A stretch of DNA of 63,945 bases, filler included, from Candidatus Methanoxibalbensis ujae (GCA_026134085.1; 3 parts of 3 records of this genome joined end to end with filler, not necessarily neighbours in it), one strand, 5' to 3'. Counted from the whole stretch's first letter, positions 1 through 10,725 are shown. The notes: generated by a model from the letters alone, not told the origin. Numbers and translations are program-made.

Positions 1-186
1 TTTGGGAATATAAAAGCTTGAGAGTTAAGGTAATGAGGAGGCGTAAGGGCTGGTTGAGATTACTGCTGAACGAGAAAATCCGTTTGATCTTCCTCCGATA
101 ACCCACGAACATGAGCCAAAACCAAAATAAAAATAAAATCAAAATCAAAAACGAAAACATAAGAAAGAAAGGTGCAGGCGTAAAGT

Positions 187-1200
187 ATGATTTTCATGAA
201 GATATTGAGAAGGTTTTTTGCATTTTTCAGGGAGAGAAAGACACTGTCTTATGCAGGCATATACATATTTCTGTTATGGATAGTTGCTTCATTTCTGTTT
301 TACATATTTGAACCTCGTGTAAATGATATTTTCACGGCTGTTTACTGGGCTATAACAACTACAACCACTGTTGGATATGGAGATATAACGCCGGAGACCT
401 TGGGAGGAAGGATAATCTCAATTGTTGTGATGCTCAGCGGGATAGGGTTCATGGGTGTTTTCCTCGCGAACTTTACAGATATGCTCATAGAGAAGTCTCT
501 GGCGAGAGGTATGAGGGCGCGCGCTTACATGGAAGGGCATGTGATCATATGCGGATGGAACGGGGTTGTTGAGATCGCGCTCAGGGAGTTGCTGGCTGAT
601 GGCAGAGAAGTTGTTGTCGTTGCTGATGTTGATATGATACCGATAGAGCACAGGAATCTCGTGTTCGTGCGAGGAGAGCCGAGCGACGATGAAAAACTGA
701 GCAGGGCGAATGTGGCCAAGGCGTCTTTCGTCCTCATATCCGGAAAAGACGATGTTGAAACGCTTTTATGCGCGATATCAGTGAGAAAACTGAACGAAAA
801 AGCGTGTATATCGTGTGTCGTCTCAGATCCAAAGGTGGCTCAAGCGCTCAAAAATATAGGTGTGGAGCAGATGCTTTCAACAGAGGAGACATTTGGGCTC
901 TTCCTTTCTCGCTCCGTTTTCGTCCCCAAACTGTCGGAATTTCTCCGTGAATTGATGGCAACAAGAGATATAGATATATATCAGGAGCGGATACCTGAAT
1001 CTTTTGAGGGGAAATCATTTGCTGATGTTATGGTTATGTTTAAAAGGGAATATAATGCCATCGCAGTTGGGATAGTTCACGACAACAAACTGATTATCAA
1101 TCCTGATGGGGAGAGGACACTTGAGGGAGGTGATGAGATTTTATATATTTCAGAGAGCAAATTGGATCTCAAAAGAATGGGAGTCAGAAAAAAAATGTGA
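187..1200 (+). CDS. Potassium channel with RCK/TrkA-N and TrkA-C domains (MthK-like)
   Basis: Two TM helices, TTVGYGD selectivity filter, GHVIICGWN Rossmann RCK domain. Confidence 0.93.
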   Translation: MIFMKILRRFFAFFRERKTLSYAGIYIFLLWIVASFLFYIFEPRVNDIFTAVYWAITTTTTVGYGDITPETLGGRIISIVVMLSGIGFMGVFLANFTDMLIEKSLARGMRARAYMEGHVIICGWNGVVEIALRELLADGREVVVVADVDMIPIEHRNLVFVRGEPSDDEKLSRANVAKASFVLISGKDDVETLLCAISVRKLNEKACISCVVSDPKVAQALKNIGVEQMLSTEETFGLFLSRSVFVPKLSEFLRELMATRDIDIYQERIPESFEGKSFADVMVMFKREYNAIAVGIVHDNKLIINPDGERTLEGGDEILYISESKLDLKRMGVRKKM

Positions 1201-1233
1201 TCAAAATCAAAAAATGTCAGAGAGGGGAGGGAA

Positions 1234-2613
1234 GTGCGTGATAACACGAAGCAGAGCCTGACATTGATGGATTTCCTGCATGATGACGGCGAGAGCAATG
1301 CTGAATGTGAGGCTGAATGCGGGGATGAATGTGATCCAAAAAGAAAAAGGGAAAAAAAGGAATTGAATGAGGATGGCATATTCACGGTAACGGAGATAAC
1401 GAGATACATAAAACAACGACTGGCGGAGGATGAGAACCTGATTGATGTTCGTGTGGGAGGAGAGATATCAAATCTCAGGAGGCCATCTTCCGGAAACATA
1501 TTTTTCACGATGAAGGACGAAGGTGCGAAGTTGAGATGTGTAATGTTCAGAGCGCAAGCGGAATTGCTGCGTTTATCGCTTAAAGATGGGATGAATGTGA
1601 TTGTCCGCGGGCGTATAAGTGTTTATGAGCGTGAGGGAAAGTATCAGTTGTATGTGGAGTCTGTTGAGGAGGCTGGCATAGGCGAGCTTTTCACGGCACT
1701 GGAGAGGTTGAAGCGGAAGTTACATGCTGAGGGGCTTTTTGACGAATCGCGAAAGAAGCCTATACCGCAGTTTCCGCAGCGTATATGCATCATAACATCG
1801 CCGACAGGCGCTGCAATACGGGACATGCTGAACATTTTGAGGAGGAGATATCCTCATGTGCATGTGTTTGTGGTGCCCGTCATGGTTCAGGGGGACGGAG
1901 CACATATTCAGATAGCGAATGCAATAGAGCTTGTGAACCGCATTGACATTGGCATTGATGTTCTCATTGTCGGCAGGGGAGGCGGCTCTTTTGAGGAGCT
2001 GCGGGCGTTCAACGAGGAGGTGGTTGCGAGAGCCATATATGCATCTGAGATACCTGTGATATCCGCTGTCGGTCATGAGATAGACCGCACAATCGCAGAT
2101 CTCGTTGCTGATAAGCGTGCTGCAACGCCTTCGGAGGCTGCTGAAATCGTCGTTCCTGATGTGAAAGAGGTAATTGAGCGCTTGAAATCCCATGACAGGA
2201 TGCTCAAACGCTTCATGTCTGATGTGATAGGCGAGAGAAGGCAGAAACTGCGAGATATCGCGGAGAGATTGCGCATGAGAAGCCCCCTTGACATCATATA
2301 TCAGCACAGACAGACAGTTGACATGCTGAAAGCGAGGTTGAAAGATGCAATCTCTCATATTATCGCAAGAAAGTGCAGCGAGCTTCAGGCAATTTCAAGC
2401 GAATTGAATGCTTTGAGCCCGCTGTCTGTGATTGAGCGAGGCTATTGTATATGCCGCAGGGAGGGAAATGTCGTTCGCAGTGTCACTGATGTTGATGTCG
2501 GCGATGAGCTCAGCATTCTCATCAATGACGGAGAGCTCCTCGTTTCAGTGGTCAGCAAGCAGCCGCTTGGAGAAGGGCGGGGATTGAGGATTCGTGAAGC
2601 GGAGGATTCGTGA
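1234..2613 (+). CDS. xseA: Exodeoxyribonuclease VII large subunit
   Basis: OB-fold GEISNLRRPSSGNIFFTMKD; ITSPTGAAIRD, GRGGGSFEEL, ISAVGHEID and ATPSEAAE motifs; C-terminal LSPLSVIERGY. Confidence 0.95.
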   Translation: MRDNTKQSLTLMDFLHDDGESNAECEAECGDECDPKRKREKKELNEDGIFTVTEITRYIKQRLAEDENLIDVRVGGEISNLRRPSSGNIFFTMKDEGAKLRCVMFRAQAELLRLSLKDGMNVIVRGRISVYEREGKYQLYVESVEEAGIGELFTALERLKRKLHAEGLFDESRKKPIPQFPQRICIITSPTGAAIRDMLNILRRRYPHVHVFVVPVMVQGDGAHIQIANAIELVNRIDIGIDVLIVGRGGGSFEELRAFNEEVVARAIYASEIPVISAVGHEIDRTIADLVADKRAATPSEAAEIVVPDVKEVIERLKSHDRMLKRFMSDVIGERRQKLRDIAERLRMRSPLDIIYQHRQTVDMLKARLKDAISHIIARKCSELQAISSELNALSPLSVIERGYCICRREGNVVRSVTDVDVGDELSILINDGELLVSVVSKQPLGEGRGLRIREAEDS

Positions 2614-2641
2614 GAGGATTCGTGAGGCAGAGGATTCATGA
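2586..2641 (+). repeat. Four copies of GAGGATTC(G/A)TGA across the xseA stop
   Basis: Copies start at 2586, 2602, 2614 and 2630. Confidence 0.85.
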
Positions 2642-2701
2642 GGCGGAAAGGAAAGCCACAGGAGATATAATTATAAGTGATGACGGAGAATAAACAGATA
2701 A

Positions 2702-3307
2702 ATGAGGCGAATATATGCGACATTGATCACATTTGCAGTCATTGCGCTCGGATTGTTTGCATTACCGGGCATGATACATGTGATGCTGGTCGGCAAGTCT
2801 GAGATATCAGCACCGCAGTTGGCATCACCAGCACCATATGTGTGCGGCAGAATAACAAGTGAAGGTCCACATCACAATTTCACATGCGAAATGTGCCATT
2901 ACTCACCTTTCAATAATTTTGAATTTCACATAGAATGCATGGACTGCCACGGCGCGACAGGCAATATAAGCGGACACTGGACATATCCTCCATACAGAAA
3001 CTGCACAATATGCCATCATGACATGAATATCGGCGAATATGCTGATTTCGTATCTGCGGGGGGATTCGGTCTCAACGCATCGCCGGGCGACATCGGAACA
3101 ATGGCAGCACATCGTGATTTCGTCATCGCAGCAATGAAAACCCCGAACATGTCGGGCGCAAACGAGGCGTGCATCGCATGCCACACAGAGGTAAATGTGA
3201 GCATTGTGTGGCCAAAATATAGGTCACGATATATGAGCCTCAATGCCTCAGATGAATATGTCAATATCACAGCAGCAGTGAGTGAAGGGAATGAGAGCAG
3301 TGAGTGA
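2702..3307 (+). CDS. Secreted multiheme (4x CxxCH) cytochrome c
   Basis: Hydrophobic N-terminus; CEMCH, CMDCH, CTICH, CIACH; extra His residues as possible distal ligands. Confidence 0.9.
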   Translation: MRRIYATLITFAVIALGLFALPGMIHVMLVGKSEISAPQLASPAPYVCGRITSEGPHHNFTCEMCHYSPFNNFEFHIECMDCHGATGNISGHWTYPPYRNCTICHHDMNIGEYADFVSAGGFGLNASPGDIGTMAAHRDFVIAAMKTPNMSGANEACIACHTEVNVSIVWPKYRSRYMSLNASDEYVNITAAVSEGNESSE

Positions 3308-3452
3308 AAAGAATGAGCACGCTCCAGTAAAGAGTGAAAAATAAAAAAACAAAAATCTGTCGGCTCGCTTTGAGGATGAAGGCGCCTTTCCGCCAAAAAG
3401 AATGAAGATGCCAAAAGGGATGAAGGCTGCGAAAAAGGAGGAACGGGGAAGG

Positions 3453-4565
3453 ATGCCGCGTGTGATTTTTTTTGATCTTGAAGGACCCCTATCGCCGCAG
3501 GACAATGCATACGAGCTCATGCGCAGGGTGCTCGGTGATGAGAGGGGAGCTGCCATATTTGAGATTATAAGCAAATATGATGACATCATCTCAATGGAGG
3601 GCAGGGAGAACTACGAGCCGGGCGACACGCTCGCGCTCATCATTCCTTTTCTGCTTGTTCATGGGGTCACTGCAGCTGATATAAAAAAAGTGTCGGACAG
3701 TGCCTCTTTGGTCAGTGGCGCAAGGTATCTGTGTGATGTGCTGAGGTCCCGTGGATGGAAAATATATATTATATCCACGAGTTATGAGCAGCACGCGTTG
3801 AACATAGGCATCAGACTTGGTGTGAATCCGGAGAACATAGTCTGCACGAGGCCTGACCTGAATCAGGATGCGTCGTTTATGGAGGATTTGATTGAGGAAG
3901 TTGAGCGCGAAATTCTTGAACTGTATAATCAGATGCATCAGATGCCACTGGAAGACGATGCTCTTGTGAAGACGGATGTGTTCAACACGCTCAGGATGCG
4001 ATTGGACACGCTGTTTTTTGAGGAGTTGCCCGAAATGGGCTATGATGTGTTCGGTGTCCGTGTCATAGGGGGCGGGAGGAAGGCTGAGGCGCTCAAGGAG
4101 ATTGTGGAGAGGGAAAATGCAGATATGAGCGATGTAATCGCGGTTGGAGACAGCATAACGGATGCGAAAATGCTTGATTTCGTGCGTCGCAGTGGTGATG
4201 GTCTCTCCGTCGTTTTCAACGGCAACGAGTATGCGGTGCCTCATGCGAGCGCAGGTCTCGCATCCACGGACATAAGATTCCTGCTTATTCTATGCGATGC
4301 GTTTGAGCACGGCGGAAAGGATGAGGCTCTGATGACAGCTTCTATGTGGGAAGCGCACGGTGATGAGTGGGTGCGCCGCTTCAAGCGATGTGAGAGAATT
4401 CCTGAGAGCGCACACATATCTTCATTGAGTGATTTTCTGAAAGATGCTCCTCTTTTCTTCCTGCACAACATAGAGCACGCTGATGAACGCAAGATGAATG
4501 AAATACTGCAAACACATAAAATCTTCAGGCGTATCGTCAGAGAAGATGCGGGAAAACTCGGATGA
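3453..4565 (+). CDS. HAD-superfamily hydrolase, EhaR/COG4030-like
   Basis: FFDLEGPLSPQDNAYE, YEPGDTL, ISTSY and VGDSITD motifs; start taken at the ATG before motif I (ORF is open from 3402). Confidence 0.8.
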   Translation: MPRVIFFDLEGPLSPQDNAYELMRRVLGDERGAAIFEIISKYDDIISMEGRENYEPGDTLALIIPFLLVHGVTAADIKKVSDSASLVSGARYLCDVLRSRGWKIYIISTSYEQHALNIGIRLGVNPENIVCTRPDLNQDASFMEDLIEEVEREILELYNQMHQMPLEDDALVKTDVFNTLRMRLDTLFFEELPEMGYDVFGVRVIGGGRKAEALKEIVERENADMSDVIAVGDSITDAKMLDFVRRSGDGLSVVFNGNEYAVPHASAGLASTDIRFLLILCDAFEHGGKDEALMTASMWEAHGDEWVRRFKRCERIPESAHISSLSDFLKDAPLFFLHNIEHADERKMNEILQTHKIFRRIVREDAGKLG

Positions 4566-5259
4566 TCCCCTCACAAGCACAGGCGCAAAAAACAAAAGCG
4601 CAAAAAACAAAAGAAAAAACAAAAGAAGCAGAAGGGAGCAGATATCCATTTACTTTGACGGTCTGACGGAGCCGAGGAACCCCGGAGGATACGGGACATA
4701 CGGATTTGTTGTGAAGGCGGATGGCAGAACAGTGAGGAGAGGCAGAGGTTTCATAGGGAAGGGCCCGGAGATCACAAACAACAGATGCGAATACATAGCA
4801 CTTCTGAAGGCTCTGGAATATGTGAAGGAGAATTTTCCCCACGCTGCAGTAAAGTGCTACGGGGATTCATTGCTTGTTATAAATCAGATGAAGGGCATAT
4901 GGAATGTGAAAAACAAAGCGCTCATGGAGCTGTGGCTGCGTGCATCAGACATAGCATCCTCGCTTCCTCATGTTGAATTTGAGTGGATACCGCGCGAGGA
5001 AAACGAAGAAGCCGATGCTCTCAGCAGGGAGGCATATTATGATGCAATACTATCATCAGAAAATGCGAAAAAACTGCTCAAAAAAACAGCGCACGAGCAG
5101 ATGAAAATAGAATCACTCACCAAAAATAAGTATCGTGTGGACGGAAAATACATCGTGAATGCGGAGCGAATGACCTGCACATGTCCTGATTTCGTGAGGG
5201 AAAATATATGCAGGCATGTCATCAGAATACTGATCAAAAAAAAGCAGCTGCGTGGATGA
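4546..5259 (+). CDS. rnhA: Ribonuclease HI family protein with C-terminal SWIM zinc finger
   Basis: YFDG...NPG, TNNRCEY, GDSLLVINQ, WIPREENEEADAL; C-terminal CTCPDF-x5-CRH; start uncertain (4498 or 4546). Confidence 0.85.
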   Translation: MRENSDDPLTSTGAKNKSAKNKRKNKRSRREQISIYFDGLTEPRNPGGYGTYGFVVKADGRTVRRGRGFIGKGPEITNNRCEYIALLKALEYVKENFPHAAVKCYGDSLLVINQMKGIWNVKNKALMELWLRASDIASSLPHVEFEWIPREENEEADALSREAYYDAILSSENAKKLLKKTAHEQMKIESLTKNKYRVDGKYIVNAERMTCTCPDFVRENICRHVIRILIKKKQLRG

Positions 5260-5293
5260 GATGATTTCGTTGTTCCCCTTTCAGGCATTCCCA

Positions 5294-5311
5294 CCGGTAA
5301 ACTATTTATAG
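5294..5311 (+). promoter_or_regulatory. Putative BRE/TATA promoter of the thermosome gene
   Basis: CCGGTAAAC followed by TATTTATAG about 70 nt upstream of the ATG; GGAGG SD before the start. Confidence 0.5.
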
Positions 5312-5380
5312 AACTCAAGATGAATAATGGTGACGATTTGGGTGCATTGAGTGTTGAGGTAGAGGAGGAGGCGTTATGAA

Positions 5381-7021
5381 ATGGCAGGCATGGGTGGAAT
5401 TCCTGTGATTGTCCTGAAGGAGGGGACAGCGAGAACAAGGGGCAGAGATGCGCAGGCGAACAACATAAACGCGGCGAAAGCTGTAGCAGCAGCAGTGCGC
5501 ACGACGCTTGGACCGAAGGGGATGGACAAAATGCTTGTTGACACTCTCGGAGACATTGTCATAACGAACGACGGCGTGACTATTTTGAAGGAGATGGACA
5601 TAGAGCATCCTGCTGCCAAGATGATGGTTGAAGTTGCGAAGACAATGGATGAAGAGGCTGGCGATGGAACCACAACCGCAGTTGTGCTTGCTGGCGAACT
5701 TCTGAAAAAGGCTGAAGAACTGCTTGAGCAGGATATTCATCCCGCGGTGATCGCATCAGGATACCGGACTGCAGCCGAGAAAGCGCGTGAAGTGCTTGAA
5801 AACATGGCAATTGATGTGAGCAGGGACGATAATCTGAGGGAAGATGTGCTGAGAAAGGTCGCAATGACTTCTATAACTGGAAAATTCGCAGAAGCAGCGA
5901 AGGAATTCCTCGCAGATATTGCAGTTTCGGCTGTGAAGGCTATTGCTGAGAAGACTGATGGAGGAATATCTGTTGATATTGATGATCTCAACATGGAGAA
6001 GAAGACAGGAGGCAGGATAACAGACACAATTCTTGTGAACGGTGTTGCGATAGACAAGGAAGTGGTCCATCCAGGAATGCCGAAGCGTGTTGAAAATGCA
6101 AAGATTGCGCTTCTCAACTGCTCACTTGAGGTGAAGAAGACCGAAACAGATGCCGAGATACGCATAAGGTCAGCTGAGCAGATGAAGGCTTTCCTTGATG
6201 AAGAGGAGCGTATGATGAGGCGTATGGTTGAGAAGATAAAGGAGAGCGGTGCGAATGTTGTCTTCTGTCAGAAGGGAATTGACGATCTCGTGCAGCACTA
6301 TCTCGCGAAAGCGGGCATACTTGCTGTGAGGAGGGTGAAGAAGAGCGATATGGAGCGCCTTTCAAGGGCAACAGGCGGCAGAATCGTGAACAACATTGAA
6401 GAATTGAGCGCTTCTGAGCTCGGATATGCTGATTTGGTCGTGGAAAGGAAAATAGCAGGTGACCGAATGGTGTTCGTTGAGGGCTGCAAGAATCCCCGAT
6501 CTCTGTCAATTGTCGTCAGAGGGGGAGAGGAGCATGTCGTCGATGAGATAGAGCGCTCGCTCAACGATGCTCTTAATGTCGTGGCATCTGTCATGGAGGA
6601 CGGAAATGCTGTTCCTGGAGGTGGCGCTGTTGAGACAGAGCTCGCACTCCGCATAAAGGAGTTCGGCACATCACTTAAGGGAAAAGAGCAGTTAGCCGTT
6701 GAGAAATTCGCAGATGCACTTGAAATAATCATAAGAACACTCGCGGAAAACTCAGGACTTGACCCAATTGACAAGATTGTTGAGATAAAGGCGGCCCATG
6801 AGGCAGGAAACAAAATGGCGGGACTTGATGTGTACACCGGAAATATTGTTGATATGTGGGAGAAAGGAGTCATTGAACCTCTCAGAACAAAAAAACAGGC
6901 GATTGCATCTGCAGTTGAAGCAGCAACAATGATACTGCGCATAGACGATGTGATTGCTTCAAAACGAGAGGAGTTCAAACCGCCTGAAACGCCGCCAGGA
7001 GGAATGGAAGGAATGATGTGA
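5381..7021 (+). CDS. ths: Thermosome subunit (group II chaperonin)
   Basis: [26 protein letters not shown] and GGGAVE motifs; GGM tail. Confidence 0.98.
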   Translation: MAGMGGIPVIVLKEGTARTRGRDAQANNINAAKAVAAAVRTTLGPKGMDKMLVDTLGDIVITNDGVTILKEMDIEHPAAKMMVEVAKTMDEEAGDGTTTAVVLAGELLKKAEELLEQDIHPAVIASGYRTAAEKAREVLENMAIDVSRDDNLREDVLRKVAMTSITGKFAEAAKEFLADIAVSAVKAIAEKTDGGISVDIDDLNMEKKTGGRITDTILVNGVAIDKEVVHPGMPKRVENAKIALLNCSLEVKKTETDAEIRIRSAEQMKAFLDEEERMMRRMVEKIKESGANVVFCQKGIDDLVQHYLAKAGILAVRRVKKSDMERLSRATGGRIVNNIEELSASELGYADLVVERKIAGDRMVFVEGCKNPRSLSIVVRGGEEHVVDEIERSLNDALNVVASVMEDGNAVPGGGAVETELALRIKEFGTSLKGKEQLAVEKFADALEIIIRTLAENSGLDPIDKIVEIKAAHEAGNKMAGLDVYTGNIVDMWEKGVIEPLRTKKQAIASAVEAATMILRIDDVIASKREEFKPPETPPGGMEGMM

Positions 7022-7047
7022 TTGTTTTCTCTTCTTTTCTTTTTGTT
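7022..7047 (+). terminator. U-rich archaeal terminator after the thermosome gene
   Basis: T-rich tract immediately after the stop codon. Confidence 0.5.
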
Positions 7048-7536
7048 CCTTTCCCTCCCTGCGCTTCCGCTGTCTGTCAGAGTGAAAAATCAACAAAAAC
7101 GGCACCGCAGGGAGAAAGGATGAGGATGACCCGGAGCTTAACCCCTTTCATAAAGGCAGGTGGAAAGGGAGAATCACCTATATTTCACTTTGTCGCATGG
7201 TCCTCCTGTCCTGTCATAGAGAGATTCACCCACCAACAGAGGCGTTGATAAACTTCTACCTCACGAGCCAGTCCTCTTACTCAAGAGCCTGTCCACGAAA
7301 TCCAAATACAAATAGGCGAGAGAGAAGCGACTGCAGGCTCATGCAAATTTTCAGAGGAGATTGCTCCCCCCTGATAAATGCAAAGGCTGATAGAGCATGA
7401 GGTAGTTTTTGATTTATGCACCCATCCAAGAACTCCTGCTGCGCCAGCATATCGCCGAGCAGCTGAGATTTCTGATGGCTGCAGCTTCTATAATCAATTC
7501 ATCAGCTGCGGTGCCATGAAGTGCAGGAACAGGCGA

Positions 7537-8607
7537 TCAGAAATGCTGATATCCCCTCTCTCTTATCTCCATTCTTTCCTCATTTTCTTTCCTCAGATAT
7601 ATTCCCTCATGCACAGGAACAACGCGTCCAATAATGCGCATATCTGCATATTTTTCAAGCATTTCCAGCTTTTTCCTGTCCTCAAGCACATTTGAATTGA
7701 GAGTGAACAGCAGTTCGTAGTCGCCGCCGAAATGAAAGATAAGCTCCTGGAGATCAATGTTTATGGTAGATGCGATTTCACGCAGCTCGTTTGACACAGG
7801 CATGCATTCCTCCCATATTTCAAATCCCACATTGCTTTTTCTGCTGATTTCGGCCAGAGATATTGCGAGACCGTCGCTTATGTCTATCATGGATGTTGCA
7901 TATCCTGAAGATGCTATGAGGACCCCCTCATTCACGCGTGGATACGGCTGAAAAAGCGCCTTCTTCGCATATTCCGCGATATCATCAATTTCCTTCAACT
8001 GCTCGCTGCTCAAACGACCACTCACGATATACATGCCGAGCGCAGCGTTTCCGAGCGTTCCAGTGACGCACACTATATCGCCGACAGCAGCACCTGAGCG
8101 CCTCAAAGGCTTCATCACGGTGAATCCTATGCATGTGCCCGCAAATGTGAGCTCATTGCTCCTCACCATATCTCCGCCTATGACAATCGTGCCGAAATTA
8201 TCGGCACAGACCCTGATCCCCTCAAGAACTTCGTCAAAAAAAGATATCCGTGTCCGCGCGGGAAAACCCATCGCAATCGTCATCATAAGTGGACGGGCAC
8301 CCATTGCAGCAACATCACTCAGATTCACAGCAACAGCACTCCACCCAATCTGAAAAGGCGTGATACCATCAGGAAAATGAGACGACCTGAGCAGCATATC
8401 AGTCGTCACAAGCATTTTTGATTCACATCCGCCACCACACCCGCATATGTTCTCAATCAACGCACTGAAATCAATGATGGCACAGTCATCCTCACCAGCT
8501 CCAGCATTTATCATGCGCTCAAATCGCCTCTCAACCCCAAATCGCATCTTAACACGCTCTATAAGCATTCTCTCTCCAATATCCTCCAACAGTTCCTCAT
8601 CTGCCAT
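7537..8607 (-). CDS. thiL: Thiamine-monophosphate kinase
   Basis: GEDDCA, TTDML...HF, NLSDVAAMGA, DISDGL and GGDYELLFT motifs. Confidence 0.95.
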   Translation of the reverse strand: MADEELLEDIGERMLIERVKMRFGVERRFERMINAGAGEDDCAIIDFSALIENICGCGGGCESKMLVTTDMLLRSSHFPDGITPFQIGWSAVAVNLSDVAAMGARPLMMTIAMGFPARTRISFFDEVLEGIRVCADNFGTIVIGGDMVRSNELTFAGTCIGFTVMKPLRRSGAAVGDIVCVTGTLGNAALGMYIVSGRLSSEQLKEIDDIAEYAKKALFQPYPRVNEGVLIASSGYATSMIDISDGLAISLAEISRKSNVGFEIWEECMPVSNELREIASTINIDLQELIFHFGGDYELLFTLNSNVLEDRKKLEMLEKYADMRIIGRVVPVHEGIYLRKENEERMEIRERGYQHF

Positions 8608-8758
8608 CTCTCACATCCCTCATATGCTCTCCTTCCTCCGCTCCTCTCCATCTGTCCCCTTTATCTGCCCATCTCTTTTATCTCTCAACTCTCATCTCAC
8701 ATTTCTTCCTGTCTCTTCTTCGCCCGCCTCTTCTTCGCCCGCCTCTTCCATTCATCGC

Positions 8759-9247
8759 TCAAAGGAGAACCGCAATGACAGATTTCCCATGCTTCACCTT
8801 TTCTTTCTCACGAACAACAACATTGAAATCAGGAGGAAATTCAACATCAACTCTTGATCCAAAACAAATTTTACCGAGTTTAAATCCCTTAGCAACCATC
8901 TGACCGACACGAACACTGCATATTATTTTTCTTGTAAAAAATCCTGCTATTTGAATTACACGAACATCGCCGAAGCTTGTGCTTATCTCCACGATATTTC
9001 TGCTGTTTGAGCGACTGCTGCGCATAAAAGCGGGTTTGAAACCCCCTTTCTCATATCTTATTCTTTTTACAATGCCGTTTATCGGTGCGACGGTGACATG
9101 GGGGTTGTAGATATGCATGAATATGGACACATGATCATCGCCTGCCTGTATTACCTTCCCGCTTGCTGGGGATACAAGGAACTCCCTGACATCTTCAAAC
9201 AGCTCACCCATTTCCTCCACCTGCCGAGGCGGCGTGCGTGGCATCAA
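8759..9247 (-). CDS. psd: Phosphatidylserine (archaetidylserine) decarboxylase proenzyme
   Basis: SPASGKV, SIFM...H..APING, QIAGFF and the FGSRVD pyruvoyl cleavage motif. Confidence 0.88.
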   Translation of the reverse strand: MMPRTPPRQVEEMGELFEDVREFLVSPASGKVIQAGDDHVSIFMHIYNPHVTVAPINGIVKRIRYEKGGFKPAFMRSSRSNSRNIVEISTSFGDVRVIQIAGFFTRKIICSVRVGQMVAKGFKLGKICFGSRVDVEFPPDFNVVVREKEKVKHGKSVIAVLL

Positions 9248-9912
9248 GTGGAGTCACGGAATCCGTATTTTCCGATGAGAGGCACGAATGATACCGCGCA
9301 TTTCCACACCTTTCTCACGCCGTTCTTTTTTTCTATTAGATAGAGATCCTGAGATATCCTGCCGATGGGTATCACGATTTTTCCGCCTTTTTTAAGCTGC
9401 TCAATGAGCGGAGGAGGAACATCAGGTGCTGCGCAGGTCACGCATATCCTGTCATAAGGTGCATGCTCGGGCAAGCCGAGAGAGCCGTTTCCGAAGACGA
9501 CAGTCACATTGTCGTATCCCGCCATTCTCAGGTTTTTACGTGCGAGATCAACGAGGCTGCGAATGCGCTCCACCGAATACACATGCCCTTCTTTTCCAAC
9601 AATTTCCGCGATCACAGCCGCATGATAGCCGGATCCCGCTCCTATCTCAAGCACTTTGTGTCCTCGCCTGAGGTCCAAATAATGACACATCATCGCAACC
9701 ATGTGAGGCGCACTTATCGTCTGCCCCTCGCCGATGTACAGAGGATAATCATCATATGCATGATCCCTCAGATGCTGCGGAACGAAGAGATGCCTCTTGA
9801 CACGCATCATAGCCTCCAGAACACGCTCATCCGCCACACCCTGATTGCGCAGCAGATCTACCATCCTCCTCCTCGCTTCCTCAAATCTCCTCTCCTCCTC
9901 TTCAACACTCAT
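9244..9912 (-). CDS. pcm: Protein-L-isoaspartate O-methyltransferase
   Basis: [30 protein letters not shown] and FVPLIG motifs. Confidence 0.97.
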   Translation of the reverse strand: MSVEEEERRFEEARRRMVDLLRNQGVADERVLEAMMRVKRHLFVPQHLRDHAYDDYPLYIGEGQTISAPHMVAMMCHYLDLRRGHKVLEIGAGSGYHAAVIAEIVGKEGHVYSVERIRSLVDLARKNLRMAGYDNVTVVFGNGSLGLPEHAPYDRICVTCAAPDVPPPLIEQLKKGGKIVIPIGRISQDLYLIEKKNGVRKVWKCAVSFVPLIGKYGFRDST

Positions 9913-10090
9913 TTTTTCACACTCATCACCATTGTCATTGTCATTGCCATCACCATCACCATCACCATAGCCATAGCCACCGTCATCGCGCCATCACCAT
10001 TGATTGCCTCACCACAAACACACCACAAACACACCACAAACACCACAAAACACCACTCACACAAACAAAACACCACTCACACAAACAACT
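9913..10090. repeat. Low-complexity microsatellite tract (CACCAT/CATTGT/CACAAA units)
   Basis: Directly visible between the KH gene and pcm. Confidence 0.9.
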
Positions 10091-10095
10091 CCCGG

Positions 10096-10725
10096 TCATC
10101 TCTGCTTTTCTTCCGTGTTTTTCTCCTCAGTTTCATCTGCCTCTGTTTTCACGCCTCTCTCCTCTTCAGCGTTTTCTCCCCCTCTTTCAATGATTATCCC
10201 CTGCAATGCCTCCCACTCCATCTCCTTTCTTTTTCGTTCCATGAAGCTGTAAACGGTGCCATGTTGGACGCCGTTTATGAGCATCTCTATCGCCTCGCGA
10301 GCGATTCTCACCTGATTGATATATCCTATCAGACTCACAGTTTTCCCATAGACCGAGACATATGCTCCAGTCAATTCCTCTATCAACCTTCTTGTCTTCC
10401 CGTTTTTGCCTATGATTCGTCCCTTTATACGCTTCAATGCTCTTTCTGAAAGGTTTGAAAGGGATATGACATCAAAAATGAGCTCATCATCATCAAGCAA
10501 TTTCAGCGCTTTTTCTGGTGAGAAACCCCTTCCTATCGCCTTGACAACCTCAGCCACCCTGAACACGCTGAGTGCATCATCACATTCCACAAAAACCTCC
10601 CCCTCATCACTGTTCACATGTATGCGACAGGATGTCTTGCTCTCTATATATGATTTCACAGAGCCTTCTCTGCCTATCAGCACTCCGACACGCTCAAGTG
10701 GTATTTTCAAATGCTGTGTGGGCAT
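10096..10725 (-). CDS. KH-domain rRNA processing protein (Dim2/Pno1)
   Basis: IPLERVGVLIG, AIGRGFSPE and RIKGRIIGKNGKTR; conserved aIF-1A/RIO1/KH order. Confidence 0.95.
   Translation of the reverse strand: MPTQHLKIPLERVGVLIGREGSVKSYIESKTSCRIHVNSDEGEVFVECDDALSVFRVAEVVKAIGRGFSPEKALKLLDDDELIFDVISLSNLSERALKRIKGRIIGKNGKTRRLIEELTGAYVSVYGKTVSLIGYINQVRIAREAIEMLINGVQHGTVYSFMERKRKEMEWEALQGIIIERGGENAEEERGVKTEADETEEKNTEEKQR

Noticed and set aside
1..311. ORF 111-311 and the open frame at the window start
   Set aside because: A-rich low-complexity sequence overlapping the channel gene; too short to assign
9463..10449. 328-aa plus-strand ORF and the other long antisense ORFs (e.g. 6298-6978, 32994-33731, 16162-16731)
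   Set aside because: Shadows of conserved genes or of microsatellites; no independent motifs
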